Made by a program: the position numbers and the translations under genes. From NCBI GenBank assembly GCA_963766175.1, contig CAVXZE010000016.1:219032-283031 (forward strand): a DNA stretch of 64,000 bases. Direction: 5' to 3'. This DNA is from an uncultured delta proteobacterium (GTDB lineage: Bacteria; Myxococcota_A; UBA9160; UBA6930). The notes under the pieces are model-generated. The model had not been told where the DNA came from, did no database searches, and saw only the letters and a program-made list of their open reading frames with translations. Position 1 is the first letter of the stretch. Every line of letters begins with the position of its first letter. Of this stretch, positions 55,396-64,000 are shown one piece after another.

Positions 55396-56646
55396 GTGTT
55401 CCACGGCTGGAAGATGGTGGGAGCGCTCTCCGTGGTGCTGTTCTTCGGCGCTGCGGGGCTGATGTACGTCTTTCCGGTCTTCATCGAGTCGTTCCAGGCC
55501 GAGTTCGGCTGGAGCCTCACCCAGATCTCGAGCGGCGCGGCGATGCTGGCGATCGTGATGGGCTTCTCGAATCCGGTGGTGGGAGCCTTGTTCGCGCGCT
55601 TCGGGGCGCGCAGGACCATGCTGGTCTCCGCCTCGCTGCTGGCCCTGTCGACACTCGGCTACGCGCTCGTGGTCAACCTGTGGATGCTCTACGGGCTCCT
55701 GATGCTCTCGGGCTTCGCCATCGCCGGCGCGACGATTCTCCCTGCGCAGACGCTGATCATCAATTGGTTCGATCGCCTCCGCGGACGGGCCATGGGACTG
55801 ACCATGGTGGGCATCGGTGCGGGCGGACTCGTGCTCCCCCCGGTCAACGAGTTCCTGATTCGGCTCCTGGGATGGCGCCTCACCTGGGGCTGCTCGTTCG
55901 CCATTCTGGCGATGGTCGTGATCCCCTTGATCGCCATCTACGTACGCACCCGGCCCCAGGATCTTGGCCTGCTTCCCGACGGGGCGGACCCGAGTGACGG
56001 GGCCGAGAGCGAATCCGCACCGATCAGCGGGCTCACGGCGAGAAGCGCAATCGCCACCCTGAGCTTCTGGCTGCTGGTGTCGGTCTTCCTGCTCCAGCTG
56101 ACCGGCGTCTCGGCGCTCAACTTCCACTTCGTCCCCTTCGCCATCAAGCAGCTGGAGTTCACGCCCCAGCAGGCGGCCTTCTTCTATGGATTTGCCGTGG
56201 GCTTCAGCATCATCGGCCGGCTCCTGTTCGGCTGGCTGGGGGACCGCTGGCACCCGACGGTTCTCCTGGTGATCTCCCTCCTGCTGCTGGCGGTGGGTCC
56301 CGCCGTGCTCGAGGTGCTGTTCGTCCGCCTCGGCCTGCGCGAAATCGAGCTGCTGTGGCTCTACGCGGCTCCCTTCGGAACCGGGATCGGCGCCAACGCC
56401 GTGATCATGCCAATCCTGGTCGGGCGCTGCTTCGGTGAGCTGCAGTTCAGCAAGATCATGGGATTCCTGATGGGTGGCTTCGCGGTCGGCATCATCATCG
56501 GCATCCCCATCTCGGGCTGGATCTACGACACCACCGGGAGCTACGAGCTGGTGCTGCTCGCCTGCCTGGTGGGACTGTGTGTGGCCACATCGCTCGCGGT
56601 GCTGATACGCCCCGAGCGGCATCACCCGGAGTTCGTGACCGCGTGA
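55396..56646 (+). CDS. MFS transporter (oxalate/formate antiporter-like)
   Basis: 12 TM helices and an N-terminal HGWKMVGA... typical of OFA-like MFS proteins. The start is GTG 55396; ATG 55414 is an alternative. Confidence 0.8.
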   Translation: MFHGWKMVGALSVVLFFGAAGLMYVFPVFIESFQAEFGWSLTQISSGAAMLAIVMGFSNPVVGALFARFGARRTMLVSASLLALSTLGYALVVNLWMLYGLLMLSGFAIAGATILPAQTLIINWFDRLRGRAMGLTMVGIGAGGLVLPPVNEFLIRLLGWRLTWGCSFAILAMVVIPLIAIYVRTRPQDLGLLPDGADPSDGAESESAPISGLTARSAIATLSFWLLVSVFLLQLTGVSALNFHFVPFAIKQLEFTPQQAAFFYGFAVGFSIIGRLLFGWLGDRWHPTVLLVISLLLLAVGPAVLEVLFVRLGLREIELLWLYAAPFGTGIGANAVIMPILVGRCFGELQFSKIMGFLMGGFAVGIIIGIPISGWIYDTTGSYELVLLACLVGLCVATSLAVLIRPERHHPEFVTA

Positions 56647-56662
56647 CACCGCCCCTGGAGAG

Positions 56663-58393
56663 ATGAGACCCATGAACTGGAAACGCACTCTCGAGGCTCT
56701 TCAACCGATATGGATCGTCGGTCTGCTCGCAGCATGCGGACCCGCGCCGGCGGACCTGGTCCTCCAGAACGGAAGAGTCGTCACTGTGGACGATGCGACT
56801 CCCGAAGCCGAGGCCATCGCCGTCACGGGCGATCGAATCCTTGCCGTTGGTAGCAGCAAGGAGATGGCTGCCTACGTCGGAGACGCGACCGAGGTGATCG
56901 ACCTGGAGGGCCGGTTGGCGATTCCCGGATTCATCGAAGGCCACGGCCACTTTGCCTACCTCGGATTCGCAAAGATGTCGCTCGACCTGACCCGGGCCGC
57001 CAGCTGGGAGGAGATCGTCGCCCTGGTCGCCGAAGCCGCTCGAGATGCCGAGCCCGGCGAGTGGATCATCGGCAGAGGCTGGCACCAGGAGAAGTGGGAC
57101 AGGCCGCCGCAACCCGCGGTCGAGGGATTGCCGCTTCACGAGAGCCTGACCCTGGTCTCGCCAGCGAACCCTGTCTTCCTTACTCATGCCAGCGGCCATG
57201 CCTCGTTCGCAAACGCACTGGCGTTGGAGCGGGCCGGGATCACTCCCGAAACGGCGGATCCACCGGGTGGAGAGATCCTTCGCGACGAAGGCGGCAATCC
57301 CACCGGCGCCTTGCGGGAGACGGCTCAGCGGCCGGTCCGCAAGGCCATCGAAGAGGCGCGGGCGAGCAGGCCTCCCGAGGAAGTCATGGCCGAGGCGCTC
57401 CAAGGGGTGGATCTCGCTGGCCAGGAGGCGCTGGCCCATGGAGTCACCAGCTTCCACGACGCCGGTGCTTCCTTCGAGACGATCGACCTCTTCAAGCAGC
57501 TGGCGGCGAACGGCGGACTGCCGATCCGGCTCTACGTGATGGTCCGCTTCGCCAGCAACGAAGAGATGGCGGCGAAGCTGCCGGAGTACCGGATGATCGG
57601 CTTCGGGAATCACTTCCTGACGGTGCGTTCCATCAAGCGGCAGATCGACGGTGCGTTGGGACCCCACGGCGCCTGGCTCCTGGAGCCCTACGAGGATCTG
57701 GAGAGCACGGGCCTCAACCTGGAGACGGTCGAGGACATCGAGGGCACCGCGGCGATTGCGATCGAGCAGGGTTTCCAGGTCAATACGCACGCGATCGGCG
57801 ACCGCGCCAATCGGGAGGTTCTGGATCTCTATCAGCGCACCTTCGAGGCGCACCCCGACAAGACCGACTTGCGCTGGCGCATCGAGCACGCCCAGCACCT
57901 GCATCCGGACGACATCGGACGCTTCGCAGAGCTGGGAGTGATCGCCGCGATGCAGGGGATTCACTGTACCTCGGATGGCCCCTGGGTTTACAGGCGGCTG
58001 GGCGCTCGGCGCGCCCAAGAAGGCGCGTATGTGTGGCGGAAGCTGATGGCGACCGGCGCCGTCGTCACCAACGGAACCGACGTCCCCGTCGAGGAGATCG
58101 ATCCGATCGCCAGCTTCCACGCTTCCGTCTCGCGGAGGATGAAGGACGGCAAGGTCTTCTTTCCCGATCAGCGGATGACGCGAGAGGAGGCGCTCCGGAC
58201 CTACACGATCCACAACGCCTACGCCGCCTTCGAAGAGGACATCAAGGGATCACTCACTCCCGGCAAGCTCGCGGACATCGTCGTGCTCTCACGGGACATC
58301 ATGACGATTCCGGAAGCCGAGATTCCCAGCACCACCGTGGACTACACGATTCTCGGGGGCCGCATCGCCTACACCGGAGAGATGGAGCGCTAG
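56663..58393 (+). CDS. amidohydrolase_3-family metal-dependent hydrolase, lipoprotein
   Basis: Lipobox LLAACG. It has LVLQNGRVVTVDD, IPGFIEGHGHF, VNTHAIGDRA and GSLTPGKLADIVVLS motifs. Confidence 0.85.
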   Translation: MRPMNWKRTLEALQPIWIVGLLAACGPAPADLVLQNGRVVTVDDATPEAEAIAVTGDRILAVGSSKEMAAYVGDATEVIDLEGRLAIPGFIEGHGHFAYLGFAKMSLDLTRAASWEEIVALVAEAARDAEPGEWIIGRGWHQEKWDRPPQPAVEGLPLHESLTLVSPANPVFLTHASGHASFANALALERAGITPETADPPGGEILRDEGGNPTGALRETAQRPVRKAIEEARASRPPEEVMAEALQGVDLAGQEALAHGVTSFHDAGASFETIDLFKQLAANGGLPIRLYVMVRFASNEEMAAKLPEYRMIGFGNHFLTVRSIKRQIDGALGPHGAWLLEPYEDLESTGLNLETVEDIEGTAAIAIEQGFQVNTHAIGDRANREVLDLYQRTFEAHPDKTDLRWRIEHAQHLHPDDIGRFAELGVIAAMQGIHCTSDGPWVYRRLGARRAQEGAYVWRKLMATGAVVTNGTDVPVEEIDPIASFHASVSRRMKDGKVFFPDQRMTREEALRTYTIHNAYAAFEEDIKGSLTPGKLADIVVLSRDIMTIPEAEIPSTTVDYTILGGRIAYTGEMER

Positions 58394-58438
58394 CGCGACG
58401 AGTACGCTTTCCCGAATCACCGCTACGGAGGAAATGAG

Positions 58439-59530
58439 ATGGAACCGTTCAACGGATTGGGCATGCAGATGGGCAACCTGGCGCGGATCTCGAACGCGCA
58501 GACGCGCTCGATCAGCCCCGAGAACCTGACGGGGGCCAAGGGCCAGGGCGGTATGGCCACCGAGGGAACGGGGGCGGTCTGCGCCCGAGACCTGGGCCAG
58601 GGCTGGAAGATCTCTCCTTCGGTGGTGGTGCAGCCCGGCCAGACCTTCGAGATGGCGGACATCGAGGGGCCGGGAGCCATCCAGCAGATCTGGCTGACAC
58701 CCACCGGCAACTGGCGATACAGCATCCTGCGCATCTACTGGGACGACCAGGAGATCCCCTCCGTCGAGTGTCCGGTGGGCGACTTCTTCGGGATGGGCTG
58801 GGGTGAGTACGCGCAGCTGTCCTCGCTGGCGGTCTGCGTCAACCCGGGCAGCGCCTTCAACTGCTACTGGGAAATGCCCTTCCGCAAGCGCTGTCGGATC
58901 ACGCTGACCAACCTGGCCGACGACGGGATGCTGCTGTACTACCAGATCAACTACACACTGACCGACGTACCCGACGACACCGGCTACTTCCACGCCCAGT
59001 TCCGGCGGGTCAATCCGCTGCCGTACAAGGAGGTGTATACCATCCTGGATGGCGTGCGCGGCCAGGGGCAATACGTGGGCACCTACATGGCGTGGGGGGT
59101 GAACAACAGCGGATGGTGGGGAGAAGGCGAGATCAAGTTCTACCTGGACGGCGATCAGGCATTCCCGACCATCTGCGGCACCGGCACCGAGGATTACTTC
59201 TGCGGCTCCTACAACTTCGAAAACCGGGAAACGCGGCAGTACCAGGAGTTCACTACGCCTTACGTGGGTCTGCACCAGGTGATCCGCCCGGACGGTGTGT
59301 ATCGCTCGCAGACGCGGTTCGGACTGTACCGCTGGCACATCACCGATCCGATCCGGATGCAGCAGGACCTTCGGGTCACCATCCAGGCCCTGGGATGGCG
59401 TCGCGATCGCCTGAACCGCAGGTACCTGCCACTGCAGGACGACATCGCGTCGGTGGCCTACTGGTACCAGACCCTGCCGACGGCGCCCTTCCCGGAGCTT
59501 CCGGATCGCGATGACCTGGAAGTGATCTGA
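58439..59530 (+). CDS. DUF2961 / glycoside hydrolase family 172-like protein
   Basis: It has RSISPENLTGAKGQGGMA, GPGAIQQIWLTP, LRIYWDDQEIPSVECPVGDFFG and GTGTEDYF motifs, typical of DUF2961. GGAGGA is the RBS. Confidence 0.8.
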   Translation: MEPFNGLGMQMGNLARISNAQTRSISPENLTGAKGQGGMATEGTGAVCARDLGQGWKISPSVVVQPGQTFEMADIEGPGAIQQIWLTPTGNWRYSILRIYWDDQEIPSVECPVGDFFGMGWGEYAQLSSLAVCVNPGSAFNCYWEMPFRKRCRITLTNLADDGMLLYYQINYTLTDVPDDTGYFHAQFRRVNPLPYKEVYTILDGVRGQGQYVGTYMAWGVNNSGWWGEGEIKFYLDGDQAFPTICGTGTEDYFCGSYNFENRETRQYQEFTTPYVGLHQVIRPDGVYRSQTRFGLYRWHITDPIRMQQDLRVTIQALGWRRDRLNRRYLPLQDDIASVAYWYQTLPTAPFPELPDRDDLEVI

Positions 59531-60720
59531 TGCCGGGACCGCTCCACGGATATCGGGTGATCGATTGCACGACCACGGTCACCGGGCCCTTCGCGTCGAT
59601 GATCCTCGGAGATCAGGGGGCCGACGTGATCAAGATCGAGGCTCCCGGAATCGGCGATGTGGTGCGGCTGCTGGGGACGGCGCGCGGTGGCATCTCGGCG
59701 CTCTTCGCTCTGCTGAACCGCAGCAAGCGGTCGGTGGTGCTGAACCTGCGCGAAGAGCGCGGCCGCGATCTCCTGCGGCGGCTGGTCGGCGCCGCCGACG
59801 TCTTCATCCAGAACTACCGTCCCGGCGTCGTCGAACGCCTCGGCATCGACGAGACCTCGCTGCGCCAGGTCCGCCAGGACCTGATCTACGTCTCCATCAG
59901 CGCCTTCGGTCCCGAGGGTCCGTATGCCCACAAGCCCGCCTATGACCACATCCTTCAGGGCATCGCGGGGGTCGCGGCCGTCCAGAAGGACTCGGAGTCG
60001 GGTCGGCCCCTGAACGTCCGCCATACGCTGTGCGACAAGGCCACGGCGCTGACGGCGGCACAGGGAATCACGGCGGCGCTGCTCGCGCGCGAGCGCGGTC
60101 TGGGCGGGCAGCACCTGCAGCTCAACATGCTCGACGCCTCGATCGCCTTTCTCTGGCCGGACGGCGGCGCGAACGCGACGATCCTCGAGGAGGACGTCTT
60201 CCTTGCGCCCACACTCGCTGCCTCGTATCGCGTGGACGAGGCGGCGGACGGCTACTACTGCGTCGCGGCGCTCACCGACGCCCAGACCCACGGTCTCTTC
60301 CGCGCGCTCGGACACCCGGAGCTATGCTCCGACCCTCGCTTCGAGACCCTGGCGGGACGGATTCGGCACATTCACGAGCTCCTGGGGCTGCTTGGTGTAG
60401 GGACATCCGACCCCCGGAACCGGTCCGAGGTCATCGCGGCGCTCGAGGCCGAGGACGTGCCGTGTGGTCCGGTCTACGGAAGCGTCGAGGAGGTTCCCGA
60501 CGATCCCCAGGTTCGCGCCAACGGAACCTTCGTCGACACCGCACATCCGCAGCTGGGCCGGATGCGCGAGCCGCGACCGCCCCTGCGCTTCGACCGCACA
60601 CCTGCCGCGATTCGAGGCCCCGCCCCGGCACACGGCGCGCACACCGACGCAGTGCTGCGCGAGCTCGGGCTCGGCGCGGCCGAGATCGAGGCGCTGCGCA
60701 CCGACGGAGTGGTCGGCTAG
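59530..60720 (+). CDS. family III CoA-transferase (CaiB/BaiF-like)
   Basis: The N-terminus LHGYRVIDCTTTVTGPFASMILGDQGADVIKIEAP fits the family. The start overlaps the upstream stop as TGATG. Confidence 0.9.
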   Translation: MPGPLHGYRVIDCTTTVTGPFASMILGDQGADVIKIEAPGIGDVVRLLGTARGGISALFALLNRSKRSVVLNLREERGRDLLRRLVGAADVFIQNYRPGVVERLGIDETSLRQVRQDLIYVSISAFGPEGPYAHKPAYDHILQGIAGVAAVQKDSESGRPLNVRHTLCDKATALTAAQGITAALLARERGLGGQHLQLNMLDASIAFLWPDGGANATILEEDVFLAPTLAASYRVDEAADGYYCVAALTDAQTHGLFRALGHPELCSDPRFETLAGRIRHIHELLGLLGVGTSDPRNRSEVIAALEAEDVPCGPVYGSVEEVPDDPQVRANGTFVDTAHPQLGRMREPRPPLRFDRTPAAIRGPAPAHGAHTDAVLRELGLGAAEIEALRTDGVVG

Positions 60721-60746
60721 AAGCAGCCCTCCTGCTGGGAGAAGCC

Positions 60747-61952
60747 TCACGGGAAAAGCCCCAGCTTCTTCGGATCCCAGCTGTATCCGTCTTCTTCCTT
60801 GAACCTGGCGTTGGCCCAGTCCGGCTCGGAGGTGGGCTTCAGGTTGTCGGCTCCCATGCCCCAGACGCGCTTGGCCTCCTTCACGTAGTGGATGTAGTTG
60901 CTCAGGGGAACATCCGGCGGGACCAGGTGGTCGCAGAACGGGATGAACCCGCCCCCCTCCACCGTCGGCGCGAGCCTCTCCACCTCCTCGGTGATGCCCC
61001 GCTTGCTCTTCGCCAGGATGCGCTTGTCGAAGCCGCCCATGAGCAGCAGATCCTTCCCGTACTGCTTGCGGTAGGCGACGGGATCCGCTCCCCAGGTGCC
61101 GACCTCGATCGGGAACATGCAGTTGACGCCGGCATCCAGCCACAGCGGGAGGAGCTTGTCGATCTTTCCGTCACAGTCGACGTAGATGATGTCGATGTCG
61201 TACTTGTGCAGCGTGTCGACGATGCGCCGGTAGTGCGGGACCATGACCTGCTCGAAGGTCCTGGGTGAGATCAGCGGCCCGCCGCTGTAACACATATCCT
61301 CCCACAGGTTGGCCGAATCCGGCCGCACGCCGTGCTCACCGCACACCCTCTCGATGACCGCGATGGCGACATCGGCCCAGGTCTCGACGATCTCCTCGAA
61401 CAGCTTCGGATCGTCGTAGATGATCTCGGAGATCCGCTCCAGGCCGAACCAGTCGCGCTGTCTCCCGTAGAGCGAGCCCGCGTAGATGGAGATCGGGTAG
61501 TCCCGCTCGGGACTGGTCCACGCCTCGAGCCACCGACTCCAGCCGCCTTTGGAGCTGAAGCGCTCCGGCAGGTCGGGACGCATGCGCGGCTTGTAGTGCT
61601 CCTCCCAGCTCTGGCGGTCCTTGAGCAGGTGATCCAGGTGCCTGGGAATGGCGCCCATGATCTTGGCGCGCTCGACGAGCACGCCGTCCCGGCTTCGTGC
61701 GATCTCCGTCTCCCCCTTGTCTTCCAGGACCTCCTCCTCGAAGAACGGGCAGAGATCCACGATCCCGCCGCAGAGTCGCGTCCGGTCCATGCCAAAGAAG
61801 TCATCCGTCGAGCTCGCGCTCGCGACGGATTGCGGAAGGCCGTACTGCTTCCAGACCAGCAAGGTCTCTTCCCAGAAGCTGAAGTCCCGGATCGGACAGC
61901 GGTCCACCGGCCGGTAGTGCATGATGTTGTTGAAGCGTTCTCGGTCGTTCAC
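60747..61952 (-). CDS. uroporphyrinogen-decarboxylase-like (URO-D/MtaA-like) family protein
   Basis: It begins N-terminally with RERFNNIMHYRPVDRCPI, and a TIM-barrel-like remainder includes CDGKIDKLLPLWLDAGVNCMFPIE. I propose GTG 61952 (GAGAGG 6 nt upstream); ATG 62069 and ATG 61922 are alternatives. The 634-aa ORF extension is implausible. Confidence 0.7.
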   Translation of the reverse strand: MNDRERFNNIMHYRPVDRCPIRDFSFWEETLLVWKQYGLPQSVASASSTDDFFGMDRTRLCGGIVDLCPFFEEEVLEDKGETEIARSRDGVLVERAKIMGAIPRHLDHLLKDRQSWEEHYKPRMRPDLPERFSSKGGWSRWLEAWTSPERDYPISIYAGSLYGRQRDWFGLERISEIIYDDPKLFEEIVETWADVAIAVIERVCGEHGVRPDSANLWEDMCYSGGPLISPRTFEQVMVPHYRRIVDTLHKYDIDIIYVDCDGKIDKLLPLWLDAGVNCMFPIEVGTWGADPVAYRKQYGKDLLLMGGFDKRILAKSKRGITEEVERLAPTVEGGGFIPFCDHLVPPDVPLSNYIHYVKEAKRVWGMGADNLKPTSEPDWANARFKEEDGYSWDPKKLGLFP

Positions 61953-62093
61953 GAAGTGCCTCTCTTTTTTCGGCTCCGAGGATAGGTGGTTCTCGGAGGA
62001 CTTCCCATCTGCGGCGGGGCTTGCGCCGACCGCCGTGTTATCCTGCTCGCCACCCCGGCATTCACTCATCACCAGCTCCCCAGGAATGACTCG

Positions 62094-63525
62094 ATGAAGA
62101 AGAACGCAGTCTCGCTGGACGAAATCTTCGCTCCCCGTGGAGTGGCGGTGGTCGGCGCCTCCGGACCGGGGAAGATGGGATTCTCCACCATCGTTCTGCA
62201 GGCACTCAAGGACGCCGACTTCCCCGCGATCTATCCGGTCAATCCGAAGTACGACGAGGTGATGGGCCTGCGCTGCTACCCGGATCTGGCGAGCATCCCC
62301 GGTGTCGTGGACCACGTGGTGGTGAACATCCCCGCGGAGTCGGCCCTCGCCTTGCTGGACGACTGCGCCGCCAAGGGCGTGCACTCCGTCCACTTCTTCA
62401 CGCGCCGGCTTCGGCGAGAGCGGTCTTGCGAAGGGAGCGGAGCTGGAACGGGAAATGCTGCAGAAGGCTCGAGCTGGAGGCTTTCGCATCATCGGTCCCA
62501 ACTGCGTTGGCTTGTACGTGCCCAAGAGCCGTCTCATGAACACGCTCGGAGTGCCTCTCGAGCCGGGCTCCATCGCCTTCATCTCGCAGAGCGGGGGCCA
62601 TGCGAACAACCTGCCTGCGGATGGAGGCCCGAGGGGGCTGCGCTTCAGCAAGGTGGTGAGCTACGGGAACGCCCTGGATCTGGACGAGAACGAGCTCCTC
62701 ACCTACCTGAGCCAGGATCCCGAGACCGACATCATCGCCATCTATATCGAAGGAGTCAGGGACGGCCGGCGCTTTCGCCAGGTGCTTCGCGAGGCGGCTG
62801 CAAGAAAGCCCGTCGTCATCTACAAGGGAGGGAGGACCGAGGCCGGCAAGCGGGCCGCGCTCGGCCACACGGCGAGTCTGACCAGCTCGGTCGCCATCTT
62901 CGAAGGACTCTGCCGGCAGACGAACACGATCCAGGTCGAGAGTCTCGATGAGATGGTCGACGTGCTGGTCGCGTTGCGCTTCGCCAGCCCCCTGCCACGA
63001 GGCAGAGGAGTCGCCCTGGCAGGCGCCGGTGGCGGCCCCAGCGTTCTGGCCAGCGACGAGATCGAGAAAGCCGGCCTGGAGCTGCCGCGCCTCTCTTCGG
63101 ACACGCAGGCGGAGATGATGAAGCACCTGCCCGTGGCGGGGAGCATCTTGACCAACCCGGTGGACACTCCGAACCTGGCGACTCCGGAGGCCATCGCGAC
63201 GGCCCTGCGAATCCTCAGCCGGGTTCCGGAGATCGACACGATCTTGTACCACCTCGGATTCCATCCGATCAGTCGCTGGGGCTTCGGCCGCTTCTCCTCT
63301 CCGGCGTTCCTGGACCCGCTGATCGCTTCGATCGCCGAGGTCCGGCAAGCCACCGGCAAGCCGGTCCTGATGGCGCTTCGGCCGCCGCTGGAACTGGAGG
63401 GGATGAAGGAGTTCCTCGCCGCCCAGGCGGCTCTGGTGGGGGCGGGAACGCCCGTCTTCCATTCGCTGGGCGAGGCGGCGAAGGCGATCTCCCGGGTGGT
63501 GCCCTGGGGCCAGGCTCGTCGGTAA
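62094..63525 (+). pseudogene. ADP-forming acyl-CoA synthetase / CoA-binding (acetate--CoA ligase family) gene with a +1 frameshift near 62400
   Basis: Frame 0 gives MKKNAVSLDEIFAPRGVAVVGASGPGKMG...GVHSVHFFT and then junk. Frame 1 continues AGFGESGLAKGAELEREMLQKARAGGFRIIGPNCVG...ISQSGG... to 63525. One extra base in cacgcgccgg joins the two halves. Confidence 0.75.
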
Positions 63526-63601
63526 AGCGGCACCAGCCAGAAGGGCGAGCCGGCCGGCGCGCGCCCCAACGGCTGTTGCATGGGGCGCGCGCGGCGGCAG
63601 G

Positions 63602-64000
63602 CTAGGGAAGGGTGAGGCTGAGGAAGAGCGTCGTGCCCTGCATGACCTCGACGAGCGAGCCGCTCGCCACCGGGAAGTCGAGCGGAAGCTCGTCCGGGTC
63701 GTTCATCTCCGGGTTGGCGTCGAAGCGGAGCTCGCCAGAGGTCCCGCCCAGGCCGTTGTCGGCGACGGTGAGCGTGCCGACCTCGGCGCCGTCGACGAAC
63801 AGGCTGTAATCACCCACCAGGAGATCGCTGACCGCGACCCCGAAGATCGGATCGCAGCTCTCGTCCACTCCCGTCGTCACCTCTCCGGCACCGGCCGCCT
63901 GACCGGAATCCAGCAGCATGGGCGTGACGGTCTCCTCGCCCATTCCGCAGTCGTTCAGGTTGGGGATCTGCGCCAGCATCGGCCCGGAGAACACGACCAC
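63602..64000 (-). CDS. C-terminal part of a hypothetical (probably secreted) protein, truncated by the window edge
   Basis: The ORF is open to the window end with GC3-rich codon usage. The composition is Gly/Asp/Thr-rich and beta-like. I recognise no family. Confidence 0.4.
   Translation of the reverse strand: MVVFSGPMLAQIPNLNDCGMGEETVTPMLLDSGQAAGAGEVTTGVDESCDPIFGVAVSDLLVGDYSLFVDGAEVGTLTVADNGLGGTSGELRFDANPEMNDPDELPLDFPVASGSLVEVMQGTTLFLSLTLP

Noticed and set aside
61974-61998. The inverted repeat CTCCGAG-(11 nt)-CTCGGAG in the URO-D-like / acyl-CoA synthetase divergent region, as an operator
   Set aside because: The stem is only 7 bp and GC-rich, so it is likely to occur by chance. It also overlaps the uncertain 5' end of the URO-D-like gene.
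1-64000. CRISPR arrays, tRNA/rRNA genes, transposases, integrases, toxin-antitoxin pairs and known defense-system genes
   Set aside because: I found no regularly spaced direct repeats. No cloverleaf-like segments were seen in the few intergenic gaps over 100 bp. No ORF has DDE, tyrosine- or serine-recombinase, nuclease-helicase or other defense hallmark motifs. The window appears to be ordinary chromosomal backbone with small non-autonomous repeats.

Overview
This is a 64-kb, visibly GC-rich chromosomal segment; third codon positions are almost all G/C and long spurious antisense ORFs are common. It comes from a diderm bacterium, judged from an RND efflux operon, an outer-membrane beta-barrel, many lipoboxes, a Tat signal and PEP-CTERM sorting signals. 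I call about 54 tightly packed protein-coding genes, with many 1-11 bp overlaps.

I saw no rRNA, tRNA, CRISPR array, transposase, integrase or phage genes. I also found no recognisable defense system.

Gene content is mostly housekeeping and envelope functions plus many hydrolases:
- Core enzymes: acyl-CoA dehydrogenase, M48 and M1 metallopeptidases, pcm, plsB and queD.
- Transport: a marR-MFP-RND operon, an NSS transporter and an MFS transporter.
- Hydrolases: two type-B carboxylesterases, several alpha/beta hydrolases and two amidohydrolase_3 proteins.
- Catabolic-looking block at 51.4-63.5 kb: an orphan 2-hydroxyacyl-CoA-dehydratase-family protein, an HpcH aldolase, a DUF2961/GH172 protein, a family III CoA-transferase, a URO-D-like protein and a frameshifted ADP-forming acyl-CoA synthetase.

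Structure not explained by genes:
- A 71-nt perfect hairpin repeat with a second, collapsed copy 20 kb away.
- A ~183-bp MITE-like element with ~60-bp inverted arms, plus a solo arm elsewhere.
- AT-only palindromic operators in two divergent promoters.
- Four tandem 11-bp repeats in a third divergent promoter.
- A multiply damaged MltF-like pseudogene sitting in a lower-GC patch.

All family assignments rest on motifs I recognise by eye in the supplied translations. No database search was run.
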